Part shown: one piece after another, positions 39,647 through 52,803 of the stretch
How the letters are laid out: each line of letters begins with the position of its first letter
Numbering within the stretch: position 1 is the first letter of the stretch
Source: Antedon mediterranea
Taxonomy: Eukaryota > Animalia > Echinodermata
Assembly: GCF_964355755.1 (NCBI RefSeq)
Contig: NC_092679.1
Span: 526,201-590,200 of the forward strand
Direction of reading: 5' to 3'
DNA length: 64,000 nt
Translations under genes and position numbers: made by a program
The notes under the pieces: generated by a model
Seen by the model: the letters and a program-made list of their open reading frames with translations, nothing else
Told to the model about the DNA's origin: nothing
Databases searched by the model: none

Positions 39647-42600
39647 CTTGTGTGACTGACGGTATGGTCTAGGGATACAAGTTAATATCAACATTAACAA
39701 GCAGGTGTATTTTTAAATCATATTTTTCAACCTATCGACACGTCGTATCGTAATACCTATTTTTATGACCATTTACATACAAATGGATACGACATCGAAA
39801 CAAACAAACGACCAAAAGTAACTTAGCATGTTAACATAATTATGAATGTTTTTAAATGTAGCAGCAGCAGCAATTTTTGCCGCTCAAAAACTGGTTCTCA
39901 TTCGCCATATTGAAATCCCAAGCCAATCGGTAATATCCACCGGGGAAACCTTTGTAATGCCGCAAATGTTACAACAGGTGTACTACTTTAAAGAGAACCG
40001 CTTGGTTGCTGTCTTCTTTTATCATTTCCAATGACGTCATTAACATTAGTTGAACGTTGACCCTTACGAGAATTATTTATCGGTCCCTTTGATCCATTAT
40101 TAGCGTTATTGTTTTATTATTGCCATTATTATTCTTTAAAAATTATCGAATCTGGGATGTTATTTGTGATATGTAATAGTACGAATCAAAGCATTACAAA
40201 CAAAAAAAAAGATTTATTGTATTACATTATAAATCTTAACTCTGAGTGGGCAAACAGGCCTCTTTTAACAACGGTCAAATTTGAGTATCTGTGATCACAC
40301 TCGACAGTGATCAAGAACCGAAAAATAGCAAGATGAAAATACAAAACATGATAGGCCTAGTTGATGTACTTAAGATATTGAAAGAGAGTAATAATAATTA
40401 ATTTGAACAGTTTAAAGATACCAACTAAAAGGCAAGTGCAAGCTTACTTAACGTTAAAAAAGGAAAAAATAAATAAATAATACATAGGCCTAATATTACA
40501 TTATTCTATATTTTTTTTAAATAATGAGAATTCAATTAAATGAAGACTTGTTGCTGAATTAGAAATTTAAAAAATATAGGAAAAAAAAGCATCGACGGTT
40601 TAGTGTACATACTTAGGATAGGTCTTGGTTGAGGAAAATATTACCACCTACCTACACATTGGTTGAACGCAGCTTGGAACCAATTAAAAGCAATAATATT
40701 CATAATTTGTTCAGGCACTCGATTAACCCATCACACGTGTAGGGGTCGAGTAATGTACAAAATACATTGTTCCCCCATATAGCGTCCAACAATTGACCTT
40801 GCGCGCCTACTAATTAATATCGCGTGTTTGCGCTTTCGCGTCACTAAGCAACATTAGCTAATCAGGTTGCAAGAACGATTGGTAATTTGTAAACAGGTAT
40901 TTGTCATTTAGGCCTACTACAATTCTCGCTTCTCAAAAAGTGTCCTAATGGCTTTAAACCTGAGGTTAAGATGCATTCTTAGGCCTCGGTAAGGAGGCGA
41001 ATATAAGCATATCATGGAAAACTTGAGTCTGGATTAAAATATCACAGAAAGTCTTAGTCAATAGATTAAATGACATCTTTGAAAAGTAGTAGTATACTAA
41101 AGTGAATTCTAGCGATAAAATATTTATCAAATTCAACCTAAGTGAATTATACATAGAATAATGTGTCAGAGGCTCCGATAAGGTTCCTAATGTTTAAGAT
41201 ATATGGTGTGAAAACGTAGAATTTTGATCAAAGTAAAGTAGATATGTACAAGAACTGACAACAGATATCTCGTACTAGTTTTCGGAATCGCCGGTTGAAT
41301 ACAAATTGCTGTAATAAATGGACTTGGATTTAAAACTACACGTTTACAGCGAGGATAACATCATGGTTAGAATGACAGATGAAGTGAAAATGGCGTTACA
41401 AACTCGACCTATTAAGTTACGACTATTCTTACTTAAGTACTTGCTTAATCTGATACAGAACGTGCATGTAACCATGTTCTATCTCGAGACATACACCGGG
41501 AAAAAATAAGTATGTGCCTACGGCTTCTTATTTTTATTGAAAAATTAAAAGTACCCAAAGTATCTACAACCCAACCTATTTCATGTATTATTAGCCATGG
41601 CCTTAAGTATACTTAGGGCTGTTTGTTGGTAGTAGGTTCCTAAAACATGGAAAGCTCTTTAACAGAATGTTTTAAAGCTGCTTTCACATCGCGCCGCCTA
41701 GATTGGGTCCGGTGCCCCTAAGAAACATATTATGGAAAATGGGTTTAGTGGTAAAGGATTAAGAAACTGGGATTCGCCTATATGAAATTCAACACAATAT
41801 GAAAGTACGAACCTCTCAATGTGCAATAGTATGTTATATATTTATAATTTAATTATTTAAAATTACAAACATACTTATGATAGAATTGATATTATAAAAT
41901 GTTTATAATTATTATAATAATGAATTCGGCATTAAACATGGATGTTATTTAATCCTCTGATAGCTCTGCATAAGTATCATCCATTGCCAATCTGGGTTGG
42001 GTAAAAATTGTTAGTTTACCTATGGAACGCTTTCAACGCCTCTGGGCTAGATTTCAACGACTTCTGATTGTCTGTCAGTCAATGAATAAATTTGAATAAT
42101 ATAATTTGTCCCATAAGCGGTTTAGCATTAACTGATATCTAACGTATAGTAACGTTTTTAAATAACGACAACGTACCAAGAATTATGTATTAGGGTGCAC
42201 CTATATTTAGCAGCATTCTAGTTAGACGAGTTAGCGCCGTAAGTTTTGGTTTTGGCTAAGTACGCGACATATACGCACATGCGTAACAAGAAGAGACCAG
42301 GGAAAATTCCTTCAAAACCTGTTTTCATTAGGCAAATTTAGGCGTATGGGAAAGTGCGCATGCGTATTAGTATTTTCTTAATTTTTTTAATGTGAAAAAT
42401 TGTGAAGGGTTGTTCGTTCGCGCGATTTGGAAGTTGGAAACATGAATACGCACGCGTATAAGTTAAGATTATGCTTTTGATTCGCCTAGTGGAAAATACA
42501 TGTGGAACATTGTTGTTGGGTACCGAATGTGTCTACTTGATAGAGTTCTCTGTATTATATTATAATAATATTTTTTATAATAACGATCTACAAAATAGCA

Positions 42601-43939
42601 ATGTCGATAATGATGATAAGTACGACACATCTTCCAAAGTACAACGGTGTTTTATACCAAATAATAGTAAGCACTTACGCAATGACGTCACCAGTACCAT
42701 TCCTTTTAATTTCGTTTATCTTCGCTTATTTTGGCAAGTATCGTCTTTCACGTCAGACAAACCAATTAAATTAACGAAATTTTAAACACATTTTATAGCA
42801 ATTATACATACAGTGTTTCAAATCATCAAAGCGGTTTCACGAACAATATTAGTTAATATTAATTGCTTTCGAACGTTATGATTATAATCTTTTAAGAAAC
42901 GTAGCATAATTAAAAGCTCTCGATTAGATACACAATGAAATGAAATGCTACGCAACCTTTGGTGGAATTGCAAAAGTGCAAACGTACACATATACATCAT
43001 CAGATATGATGCTTAGCCTAGCAATGTGTACAGCACGCGGACGCTTCGCTTTACGCACGCGCGCCAACGCGCTGTGAGAATCAATCCAATCCCATTTACC
43101 CACACAAGGTTAAGCAGACAGAATATACCCTCTTGCTAATTCCAAGTATTAAAACCATTTATTTTCGTAACTTCACCGATTCTCTGAACTGAAACCATAA
43201 TTTGTTAAGAATCATAGGCAATAAAGCGTCACATGTATCATATGTGACGCCTACTATATCATAGGCCAAGTCTAAAAGTCGAGTTTAAATTTTGTTACGT
43301 CCTGGTTTCGTGTAACTGATTTAAGTTGACGTATATTTAGGTATAGTCAGTCTAGTGTGATCCAACATTTTGTATTACCCGTTACAGAAGCGACGCGTTT
43401 TTTTCACCTGTCGAATGTGACTAGCCGTAACTAAGTTGAATGCATAGCAACGCAAATACTCAATGCACTAAATACATTTGTTATGATATCGTACGCGGTG
43501 TCATGCCAACTGTTGGTCAGCTTAGATATCGATATTTCATATTTTCAAGGCGTTTGCATTGTTATTCTATAGTTTTATTATGTAGTTTAGTTGGACAATA
43601 AAATATAATATTTACATAACGACAATAAAAATAAGTAATCAATCAAATAGTAGTACAGATGCAGATTGCGTAAATAAGCCTATATATTAAATACTATAGA
43701 GCAGTTCAGAAAACGTAGTGATTTAACGTGTTTGAAAACGCGCGCGTACCGGTACCGCGGCAGTAGTCATATTCACGCTCGACGAAAAACGCGTACTACG
43801 CCGGCAAACCATATCAAAACGCTCGACGAAAAACGCCTACATCAACTTTTTCAAGCTTGTTTCATTTGCACAATACAAACAAAGTGGTTTTTTGGCAATT
43901 TACAAAATGTGCAACAAAATTATGACCCCGCACCCCGCA

Positions 43940-44020
43940 AATGAACTGTACATTACACAATAAACTGTACATTACACAATGAACTGTACATTACACAATG
44001 AACTGTAAATTACACAATGA
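43940..44020. repeat. 19-bp tandem repeat, about 4 copies
   Basis: aatgaactgtacattacac units. Confidence 0.85.
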
Positions 44021-44090
44021 AATTAAAATAACTATGCAATTCACAGTTCATTTTCACCCAAATAATATTTAAAAAAACAATAATGCTTAC

Positions 44091-44228
44091 CTATACTGAG
44101 CGGTTAAACGTCGAGTTTGGAGTTGTAACAATTGGGACGCCTTGAAATGTTTAGGCGTCAGATTCCGAGGAGTTCACGATAAATGCGTGGTAATCCAACG
44201 GATCCCGTCCTCGTCGTCTCAAAATCCC
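44091..44228 (-). other. Candidate non-coding 5' UTR exon, probably of the GPCR
   Basis: Acceptor ttgtctttacag|GGG and donor TAG|gtaagc bracket a GC-richer 138-nt segment with stops in all three frames and no ATG. Confidence 0.5.
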
Positions 44229-45558
44229 CTGTAAAGACAATTGTTGGCGGCTCATATTATTAATATGAAACACTCGGCTTGAGATTGTCAGTGTTATATT
44301 TGCACAGTTGGCATGACAAGCAAATTGATATATCCCTGTATCTATTCTAAGGACATGGACAACGACGTTCGTGGTTCAGTTAAAATAATTAATGAGAGAT
44401 TTAATGACAGGATTGCTTTAGCCCTCCCCTCGGCACCTCATTAAGCGTACGTGCAGAACGCGCTGAGCACCCGCACTCGATTAACCAGTTCTGCAACGTC
44501 TCAAACCTTGACGGTACCTTATATAATGCTGCTGCATACTTCATCTAACTTGAGAGGTATTCGTGATCACCGCAGAAACAACATTGACAATAAATAAGCA
44601 TTTGCTGGACACATAGGGTATTATGACTGAGATCATTCCTCTACTCATCACTTGATGAAACTCAAATGCGCTCCATTTATCATCACCCAACTTTAATATT
44701 CATTTCCTCCGCGGACATACTACGTCACACATCAGCGCACCTCATTATCTTGTAGCACCACAAGATTGGATATTTTAAAGCAATTTTCTTTAAATCTAAC
44801 ATGCTATTGGGAATAAAAAAAACTATGTACGAACAGATGATCAGATTTGGAAGCCAAAAATAAAGTGATTTAAGAGGTCATGTTAAGTGGGTTATGAATG
44901 TAAGTTTTAGGTAAGAAGCTGAAGATTGAGACGTTTAAAGATTTGTAGAAGACCGACAAACATTAATGTTGATATTGAAACCCATAAATAACGCGTTCAA
45001 TTGTCATTCTAGCGTGTATTTTTAAACGTTATATTTAAATAATTAGGTTGATATACTTGAGGGGATGTTTAACGTTCGCGACGACACTGTGGCGATTCCA
45101 TCGTACGTGAAAGAAAATTCTACAAATAATTAACTGCAATATATCATATTAATTAAAAATATTATTAAATCGCTTAGTACTAGTAAACATCGGCATACCA
45201 TACCTGTACTTTAGCTATATCACAGCTGCCAACTATGTGTATTATTAGCGGTTTAATAATAAATGTGCCGTACACATCTCAAAAGCGCCCTCATTGGTAG
45301 GCATTTGTTGTACACTATCTTCATACCAGACATGAAAATCGTAAATTTTAAATGTTACTTTGTCATATTATGTATCTCCTTTTATTTTGTTACTATGTCA
45401 TTGAAAGTAAATAAATGTTTAAATGCAAATTACATACCTATACAAAGGTAAAACAAAAAGTGTATTCTTTGAGAAAACTATGGTTTTTTTTTAAGTTTAG
45501 GTAATTTAAAATTATAGTATACAAAAAAACGCAATGGAACATAGCATATAATACATTA

Positions 45559-45699
45559 AGCTTGGTTCCCAATAGGACATAAAGCAACGACGTAAGAATT
45601 TAACCAATCACAAGCGATGGATTACCCGCATTTTCGCTTGTAATTGGTCAACTCGCTTGCGTTGCGCTTACGTCCTTGCGTTGCATTGGGAACCAAGCT
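45559..45699. mobile_element. Palindromic MITE, family A (PIF/Harbinger-like), best-preserved copy
   Basis: TIR agcttggttccca...tgggaaccaagct, TTA TSD on both sides, internal inverted accaatcacaagcga...tcgcttgtaattggtc. Related copies at about 6316, 7634, 15430, 18928, 20270, 48555, 49425, 49897, 50965, 53350, 54988, 56923 and 61568. Confidence 0.85.
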
Positions 45700-46190
45700 T
45701 TAATGATACCATAGATTATAAGTTGATTTGTAATGCGTGAGCAAAGGAGAGGTCGAATAATGCGTAATCAGTTCATCTTAAATCAGCTTAGACAATAATT
45801 TGATTACATATCTGTGTGTATTTAGTAGTTGTCCAGTAATTATGCATTAATATGGGTACTGATCAATAATTTACTCAATCAAGTGTTGGTGAAGCGGAGT
45901 TGGTCACCCCACGGTCATCATAATTGAACATAATTTTGATATTAACTCGCTAAGATTAGCAATGCGTGCGAGGAAGACACTGGATAATCCACACTATATT
46001 ATGCTTACTATTATATTATTATTCCTGCAGTCTATTTAATACAAATAATGTTCATCCACCATTCCATACTAAAAAAGTCACGACATCGCAAACTAACTAC
46101 CAGGAAGACTTCGAAACTATGCCAATATTATAGAAACGTACTAACCGTGGAACCACCTAGACAATCGAGGAAAGATTCCAACCCATATAA

Positions 46191-47040
46191 GAACTAAACT
46201 ATGCTAGGCCTTGTAACCAGAAAAAAACAAAACGCACGGCCTAAACGAACTAAACTATGCTAGGCCTTGTAACCAGAAAAACAAAACGCACGGCCTAAAC
46301 GAACTAAACTATGCTAGGCCTTGTAACCAGAAAAACAAAACGCACGACCTAAACGAACTAAACTATGCTAGGCCTTGTAACCAGAAAAACAAAACGCACG
46401 GCCTAAACGAACTAAACTATGCTAGGCCTTGTAACCAGAAAAACAAAACGCACGGCCTACACGAACTAAACTATGCTAGTAATAATTAATAACGATTGTA
46501 TTGAAAATGTTCAAAAGAGGGCTTGCCGTATAATGTTAGGCAATGATTACTTTTCTTACTCTGGTGCCCTTGAATTTCTTAAATTAGAGACTTTGGCTCA
46601 AAGAAGGGTGGAGCATTGTCGCAAGTTCGCTGAGTATCTCCCCAAAATTAAACAAACAGCTGATTTAATCCCACCGACAAGACATAGCTGTCATGGTAGG
46701 AATTTAAGAAATAAAAACAAAATTACCCAGCTAGCGTCTAAAACATCCAGATTTACCAATAGCCCTATACCCTACTTCATCAAATTACTGAATTCTTAAT
46801 TTTCTCCCCTGCTAGTTTGCGACTGCTCTCCCCTTCTTTGTTGTTTTTTTTTTTTTTTTTCATATTTTTTATATATATTTATATTTTTGATATGACATGT
46901 ATTTTACACGCAATTTGGCTCTTAGCCACGAGTTGTAATTTTGGTCAATTTTTTGATATTTGAAATAAAAGTGAATAATAATAGTAGGCCTTGTAACCAG
47001 AAAAACAAAACGCACGGCCTAAACGAACTAAACTATGGTA
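46191..47040. repeat. 54-bp tandem array interrupted by a LINE insertion
   Basis: Unit aactaaactatgctaggccttgtaaccagaaaaacaaaacgcacggcctaaacg; atgc recurs at 46201, 46257, 46311, 46365, 46419 and 46473; the unit resumes at 46985. Confidence 0.9.
46480..46984 (+). mobile_element. 5'-truncated CR1/L2-group LINE (ORF2 C-terminus plus 3' UTR)
   Basis: IENVQKRACRIMLG...LETLAQRR...GRNLRN...TSRFTNSPIPY is typical of the post-RT C-terminus of CR1/L2-group elements; stop at 46799, AATAAA and an (aat)n tail; flanked by a tag duplication. Confidence 0.8.
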
Positions 47041-47429
47041 TACTATTTAACAATGTAAAAGTTCGAACAACCCATATTAACGAACTATAAACTATGGTAC
47101 GAACCAACAATATACAAGCTTCGAATCCATGCCATCCATAACCGATCGTTCTTAGCAGCCTTCTCTTATAATATTATTTTAAAAAATGATTGAAACACTA
47201 ATATGCATGTTGTATGCATGTATTAAGTATTCTATAATTGACTGCTCACTGTGTGGTAATATGTATCATTAGACACATTGACTAAATCATTACCAAACAT
47301 ATGCTGTAAACAGTATTATCATTCCAACAAAGTATTTGTATATTAATAACTTTTACATGTGATTATCGCAGATTGTTATCAATTTCCATAAGGTTGTTGT
47401 ACATTTAGAAAACACGTCTTGTTTGATTA

Positions 47430-47870
47430 TTGAATTATTCATCATATATGACGCGCATCATGATGATAAAGACATTAAGAAACGCAAATAAGATATATAT
47501 TCAACACAGTAGACTAGAAATTAATAAAAGATCAATGTTCATTGAAGGACCAACTTACTGGAATAAACTCCAGTCTACTCTAGAACAAAATCACATGATC
47601 TCGCTCCCTATGCTAAAGTACAATATTAAAAAGATGATATTTGAAACATATTGCTAGCTACTATTGCTACTGCAAAATTGGGGTTGTAAATATTTTGCTT
47701 AATCTCACTTTGTTTTTTTTTCTTTTTCTGTCTCAAAATGTCATTTTTTGTTAATGTAATGCGTCCGTATATGTTTTATGTTTATGCTTAGGACTACAAA
47801 GACAAGCCACTTGGCTTCTGTGTATATCTTAACCCATAAACTATGTAAACTGTTGAATATTGAATAAATG
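47430..47870 (+). mobile_element. Degraded LINE 3' end (L2/Crack-like)
   Basis: SRLEINKRSMFIEGPTYWNKL...SLPMLKYNIKK matches the GPxxWNxL/FKxxLK C-terminal pattern; 3' UTR with AATAAA at about 47863. Confidence 0.65.
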
Positions 47871-48554
47871 TTTGTGTTTGGATTGCTTCATAAAACATAA
47901 ACCAGCTATTGGTGCGCGCTATACGTCGGATAACAACGTAGCTGTTGATGGAAGTGTATAGTTGCAGTCTTTATCCTTGCCTGTAACTCAAATGGTACCC
48001 GTTCGTTCTTTTGTGATTTTTTAACAGAAACATACACTTTATTATTTCGTTACTGTAATTACTTAATTTGATATATGTATTTCCTGCTCTTCTGAGAGAG
48101 GTCATTACAAAAACCTAGCTAATTAAAACCTATAATTTTAGTACATTATAAATTTATTTGACTTATATGAATGACGTCATAACCTTAATTAGTTTCATAG
48201 TGGTCTATGGATTGGAGTGCAGAGAACTGGCCGTTGCTAGGCAGACCGTATCTACATTCCAAATTGCAGTCGCTCCCTCTCATTTGAGCTATTTTTCTCC
48301 TCCAATATTAATTGAATGCCCATTGTGGTAGCTATGCTAATAATCAGAAACAAAGTAAGGACCGTTTGTAAATATCGGTTGTAAAATTGTACAAATTTAA
48401 AATTAATTTAGTATCAAACGAAATGTTAAGTAACTACTTGTCTGTATTGCAAACAAGACAGGCTTAGCCAACACGACGTAACAAAAGTGTGCCGTAATTA
48501 AAAAGTTAATATTAGAGACCCGCATGATATACGTTTAATTACCATTCCTATTTG

Positions 48555-48824
48555 AGCTTGGTTCCCACTAGGGCGCAACGCAACAAGGTAAGCGTAACGC
48601 GCGCAAAAGAGAGTTGACTAATGACAGCGAATACACCATCGCTTGTGATTGGTACGTCAAATTACTTGCGTTGCGCTAAACGTCATTGCAAGGACGTCAT
48701 TACTAAGGACGCAACGCAAGCATGTAAGCGCAACGCAGGGGAGTTGACTAATGACAGCGAATAATCCATCGCTTGTGATTGGTCAAATTACTTCATTGCG
48801 CTGCGTCCTAGTGGGAACGAAGCT
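48555..48824. mobile_element. Family A MITE with a duplicated internal unit
   Basis: agcttggttcccactag ... ctagtgggaacgaagct enclosing two copies of gagttgactaatgacagcgaata...ccatcgcttgtgattggt. Confidence 0.8.
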
Positions 48825-51800
48825 TTATGTAGTCTACTTCAGTTCCTCTGACAACTATATCCAAATATCAGAATAATCAACACTAATTTGTTCCTATGAG
48901 CGAAACACTCGATTCGGATTTTGTGAACAATTTGTTTTTAACGGTTGCCTAATGATTCCACATACCAAGCAAATAAGTATGTATAAAATGTATTTAAACA
49001 TTCAATATAATGTAATACTTTTTATGAGCATAATCACGGATTTTATCGCACATTTTGATATCACATTATCGTATTGCACATTACATTAAGGTTAACGACG
49101 ATCAGAGGCATTAAAAATCATTGCTTGAACTTTCTAAAATGGATACCTTAGGCGATTTGAAACAAGTCAGTTGATATAGCGAAAGAGACCTAATGCATAC
49201 ACAATTTTAATCAAATCTTAGCATTTATCATATTACTCAAATATATCTTACTTTAGTTCGTGACATTTTACATCTTCAGTAATCCATTCGTTAGAATGCG
49301 TTTTTATGCGTTCGTTCTTTCTACTTTATTTAGATCATCTACAGTATCTTGATCCTTGTATAAGTGGATTTCAATTATTCAAATGCTCAACTCTGTATAC
49401 TTCTCTCAAAATTCGTCGCTCCTATTTCGACTTGGCAACGTGAAGGCGCACGCGCAACGCAAGTAATCTGACCGATCACAAGAATGGATCATCAGAAGTG
49501 TCGATTGGTCAACTTGTTGCATTGCGCTTACGCCTTTGCGTTCAAATGGGAACCAATCAGATTTCTTTTCACATTATTATTATACATATTAACATTATAT
49601 GTAAATTACATTCGATATGAATTACCATAATCATTAACAACTTGCGTCAACACTCTAGCTTAAGAGTTTCCTTCATAGTACTGACGGAATAGGCTATTTT
49701 CAGACTGTGCTTCGGAAAATCTTCTTGCTATATTAGCAATGCTCCAAACCCTATGTTGATGCTCTCAATAAAGCTCCCACTGGGTAACATTCCAATTAAT
49801 AACCATCAAAACAATAAATATCTAAGCACGCCACCAAACAACAATAACAAGAAAAAAAACAATCTCAAACAATTTTAGATTGAGGGCAGGCATGTCTTAC
49901 CACTGAACGCAAGGATGTAAGCCTACCGTAAGTAATTTTGACCAATAAGACGAGGCGATGGATCATCCGAACTATCGCTTGTGATTGGCCAACTCACTTT
50001 CGTTGCACATACGCCCGTGTGCTGCGTCAAAGTGTGAACCCAAGCTTATTTCAAAAAACGTGCGTAATTTTTATTTTCACCTGCGTTTCAAAATAATAAC
50101 AATTCACTCGTATATTTAACTTTAGATTAATTTGATGTTTTTATAATCAACAATTTAATTTCAATGTAGATAATTCGCTATCTGACAAATGTTTCAATAA
50201 AATCACGTAGCAGGCCTGCAGATAATATCAAATTAAAGTGTACAATACTATAAAACTGTTTGCGTGTTTAAAATGGTTAGACAACTAGGTTTGTCCGTAA
50301 TTACGTTATACCTCTTATATTTATTGAGTTCATCAGAGTTTACGCCATTCTCTGCCTAAAATGATGTCACCAGTGGATATAAAGCGCCGGGTTATCGACG
50401 ATATATAGGTCGGCTATCTACTGGGCATGTTTTCATGTGTAACATTGGCCCCAAGGATGCTTACATGCTAGCTATCTCTCCTTTGTAACATTTCTAGCAA
50501 GGCCAATTATACATCCTTTTACATTTATGTCGACAATTAATGTATTTGTACGTTTGACCTTTTCATAATTAGCGTTGATTTTTCACATTGAATTACGTGA
50601 ATTCATATAGACAATTTTAACCAAGTCCAATTCAAGCATTATTACCAATAATTCGGCTTATAAAGTTACAAGTTACCCTGGAAACCAAGGTAGATATAAG
50701 CCGCTACCGATGGAATCATTATTATAGTTATGACTATTAATTTAGCATGTGACGTCACTGAATGTTACGCGGTATAACAACAGTTGATTTACTGAGCGAG
50801 ATTTCAGTACTTCATGTAAAGTAATTTTATGTTTAAATGACGATAGCAGAAGTATTGAACAAATCGTTGAACGTGTGATATATTCCATTGTTATCAAAGT
50901 GCGATGGAATTGAAAAAAAAAACCTGGGTGAAAGACAAACTTTTCTTTTGTCCTGTCCCTCTATAGCTTGGTTTCCACTAGGACGCACGCACGCAAGTGA
51001 GTTGACCAATCATAATCTTGCGTTGTTGCTTCTACAACATCAACCTAGTTTGACAAAAAAAATGTGTCCGTCCATGTATGGTAGTGATATGATCATATTT
51101 TTTGTCACATAAACTTTGATAGTGTAGACAGAGCTTAAGGAACTTGTAAATAATAATAATTGAAATATTAAACAATAATTTTGTTTCCATTCATAAATAA
51201 TGTAATGGTGTTTTTTTTTACGAATTTAATACTGATAATTTTGTTGTCACATCAAGTTTGATAATAAGTAAAATGTTAAATAATTTTTTTTTATCCATAA
51301 ATAACGAAATGTTTTTTTTAGCGAATTTAATATACTGAATAGTGATTACTCTAATTATATCCTTACATCATCAGTGTGCAAATTTTGTTATTATAGTGTG
51401 TGTATTCTGTTGTATTATGGACCAATACACATTACATGATGGCCGGCTGTAAACTTACTACAACATGTCAGTATGATATATTAACTAACGATTCAAATTA
51501 ATAAGTTATTATACTATCCAATGTGAGATGAGTGTTGAGAAGGTCCTGCTCTAGGCTCTACCATTAAGATATTGATATAACACTAACACAATGTTTATCT
51601 TTAGGCAAATAATGAACTTCTCCAACTGAGAAATTGATATATCGAGTGTTCAGGAATAAATATTAGGGGTCGTGACAAGTCGATTTTATTTTGCAGGGTT
51701 GTTTTCATAATGAATTATTTTTAGATAATATTCAGAGTAGGGGGCCATGATACAGTAAGTGATCTTAAACGGTGATTCACATTGAATTATTTAAAATATA

Positions 51801-52743
51801 ATTCAGAGTAGGGGGCCATGATAAGTCGATTTTATTTCACAGGATGATTCACGATGCATTGTAAATTGTGTGTTTTTACATAATTTCTTACAAAAATCAG
51901 ATGTATATGATAAAATATTTACAAAAAAAGTATAACATGAAATTGTAACAGTAAATATTTAAATACACAACCATAAAGAATAGGAAGACATTAATGTAAA
52001 GACGAGCCTGCTAAAACTCTTGAGTAAGATGACCCACGGGGTTGTAATCTATCCGTAGTGTACCCTGGCCTATATATTTACAATGTTAATGCGGAGTACT
52101 GCAACGCAAGTCAAAATAGCCGAGACGAGCAATGACTCCCCATGGATCTACGTACTCGAATATTTAAACGATTTGAAATTTAGAAATAATGCTATATACT
52201 ACACATGAAATTAAGGTTTTAATATTTTTATTGACGAATACAATAAGTTTTATTGAGCAGTTATAGCATTTAAGGGACATGCGCAATAAACAAATGTACT
52301 CGTAATTCATATCCGTTGCTATGGTAAAAATCAATTGCCATTTATGCGAGTAGATTTGAGAGAATCTTCATGTCACGTGGTATAACGTTCGATTACTTGC
52401 TTCGTGTGTCTATCGATTGGTTTAGAATAGAAGCATATTTTAGGGTTTAATCACTATACAATTATTCTGAACTCATTCGTTACGCTAGCGTTAAACAACA
52501 TGTTTAATAATCCATAGAATAAAAGTTTTTTTTCACAAAAAATTCTAAACATCTTTTATTTGTTTTATGTTATAGTACAACTACATCAAGTTAAGAGTAC
52601 AACAAAGTTTGTTCGCAACAATTTCACATTACTAAAAAGATCTAACAGTCTTCTGGTGATCATGAGGCGTTAATTGGTCAGAAGTTTGCTCTACTAACTA
52701 TGACGTAATTTTACTTTATTCAGTAGAGTCAGTTGTGACTCAT

Positions 52744-52803
52744 TCTCAGGGGGTGAGACTCGAACCCACGATCTAGCGTTCATACCTTTAGACCACTGAG
52801 CTT
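52744..52803 (-). mobile_element. tRNA-derived SINE head
   Basis: Minus strand agctcagtggt (A-box) ... gggttcgagtc (B-box) with a shortened anticodon arm; not a foldable tRNA. Confidence 0.55.

Noticed and set aside
43700-44230. TIR transposon spanning this interval
   Set aside because: The ends are not convincingly complementary; the right part is better explained as a spliced exon.
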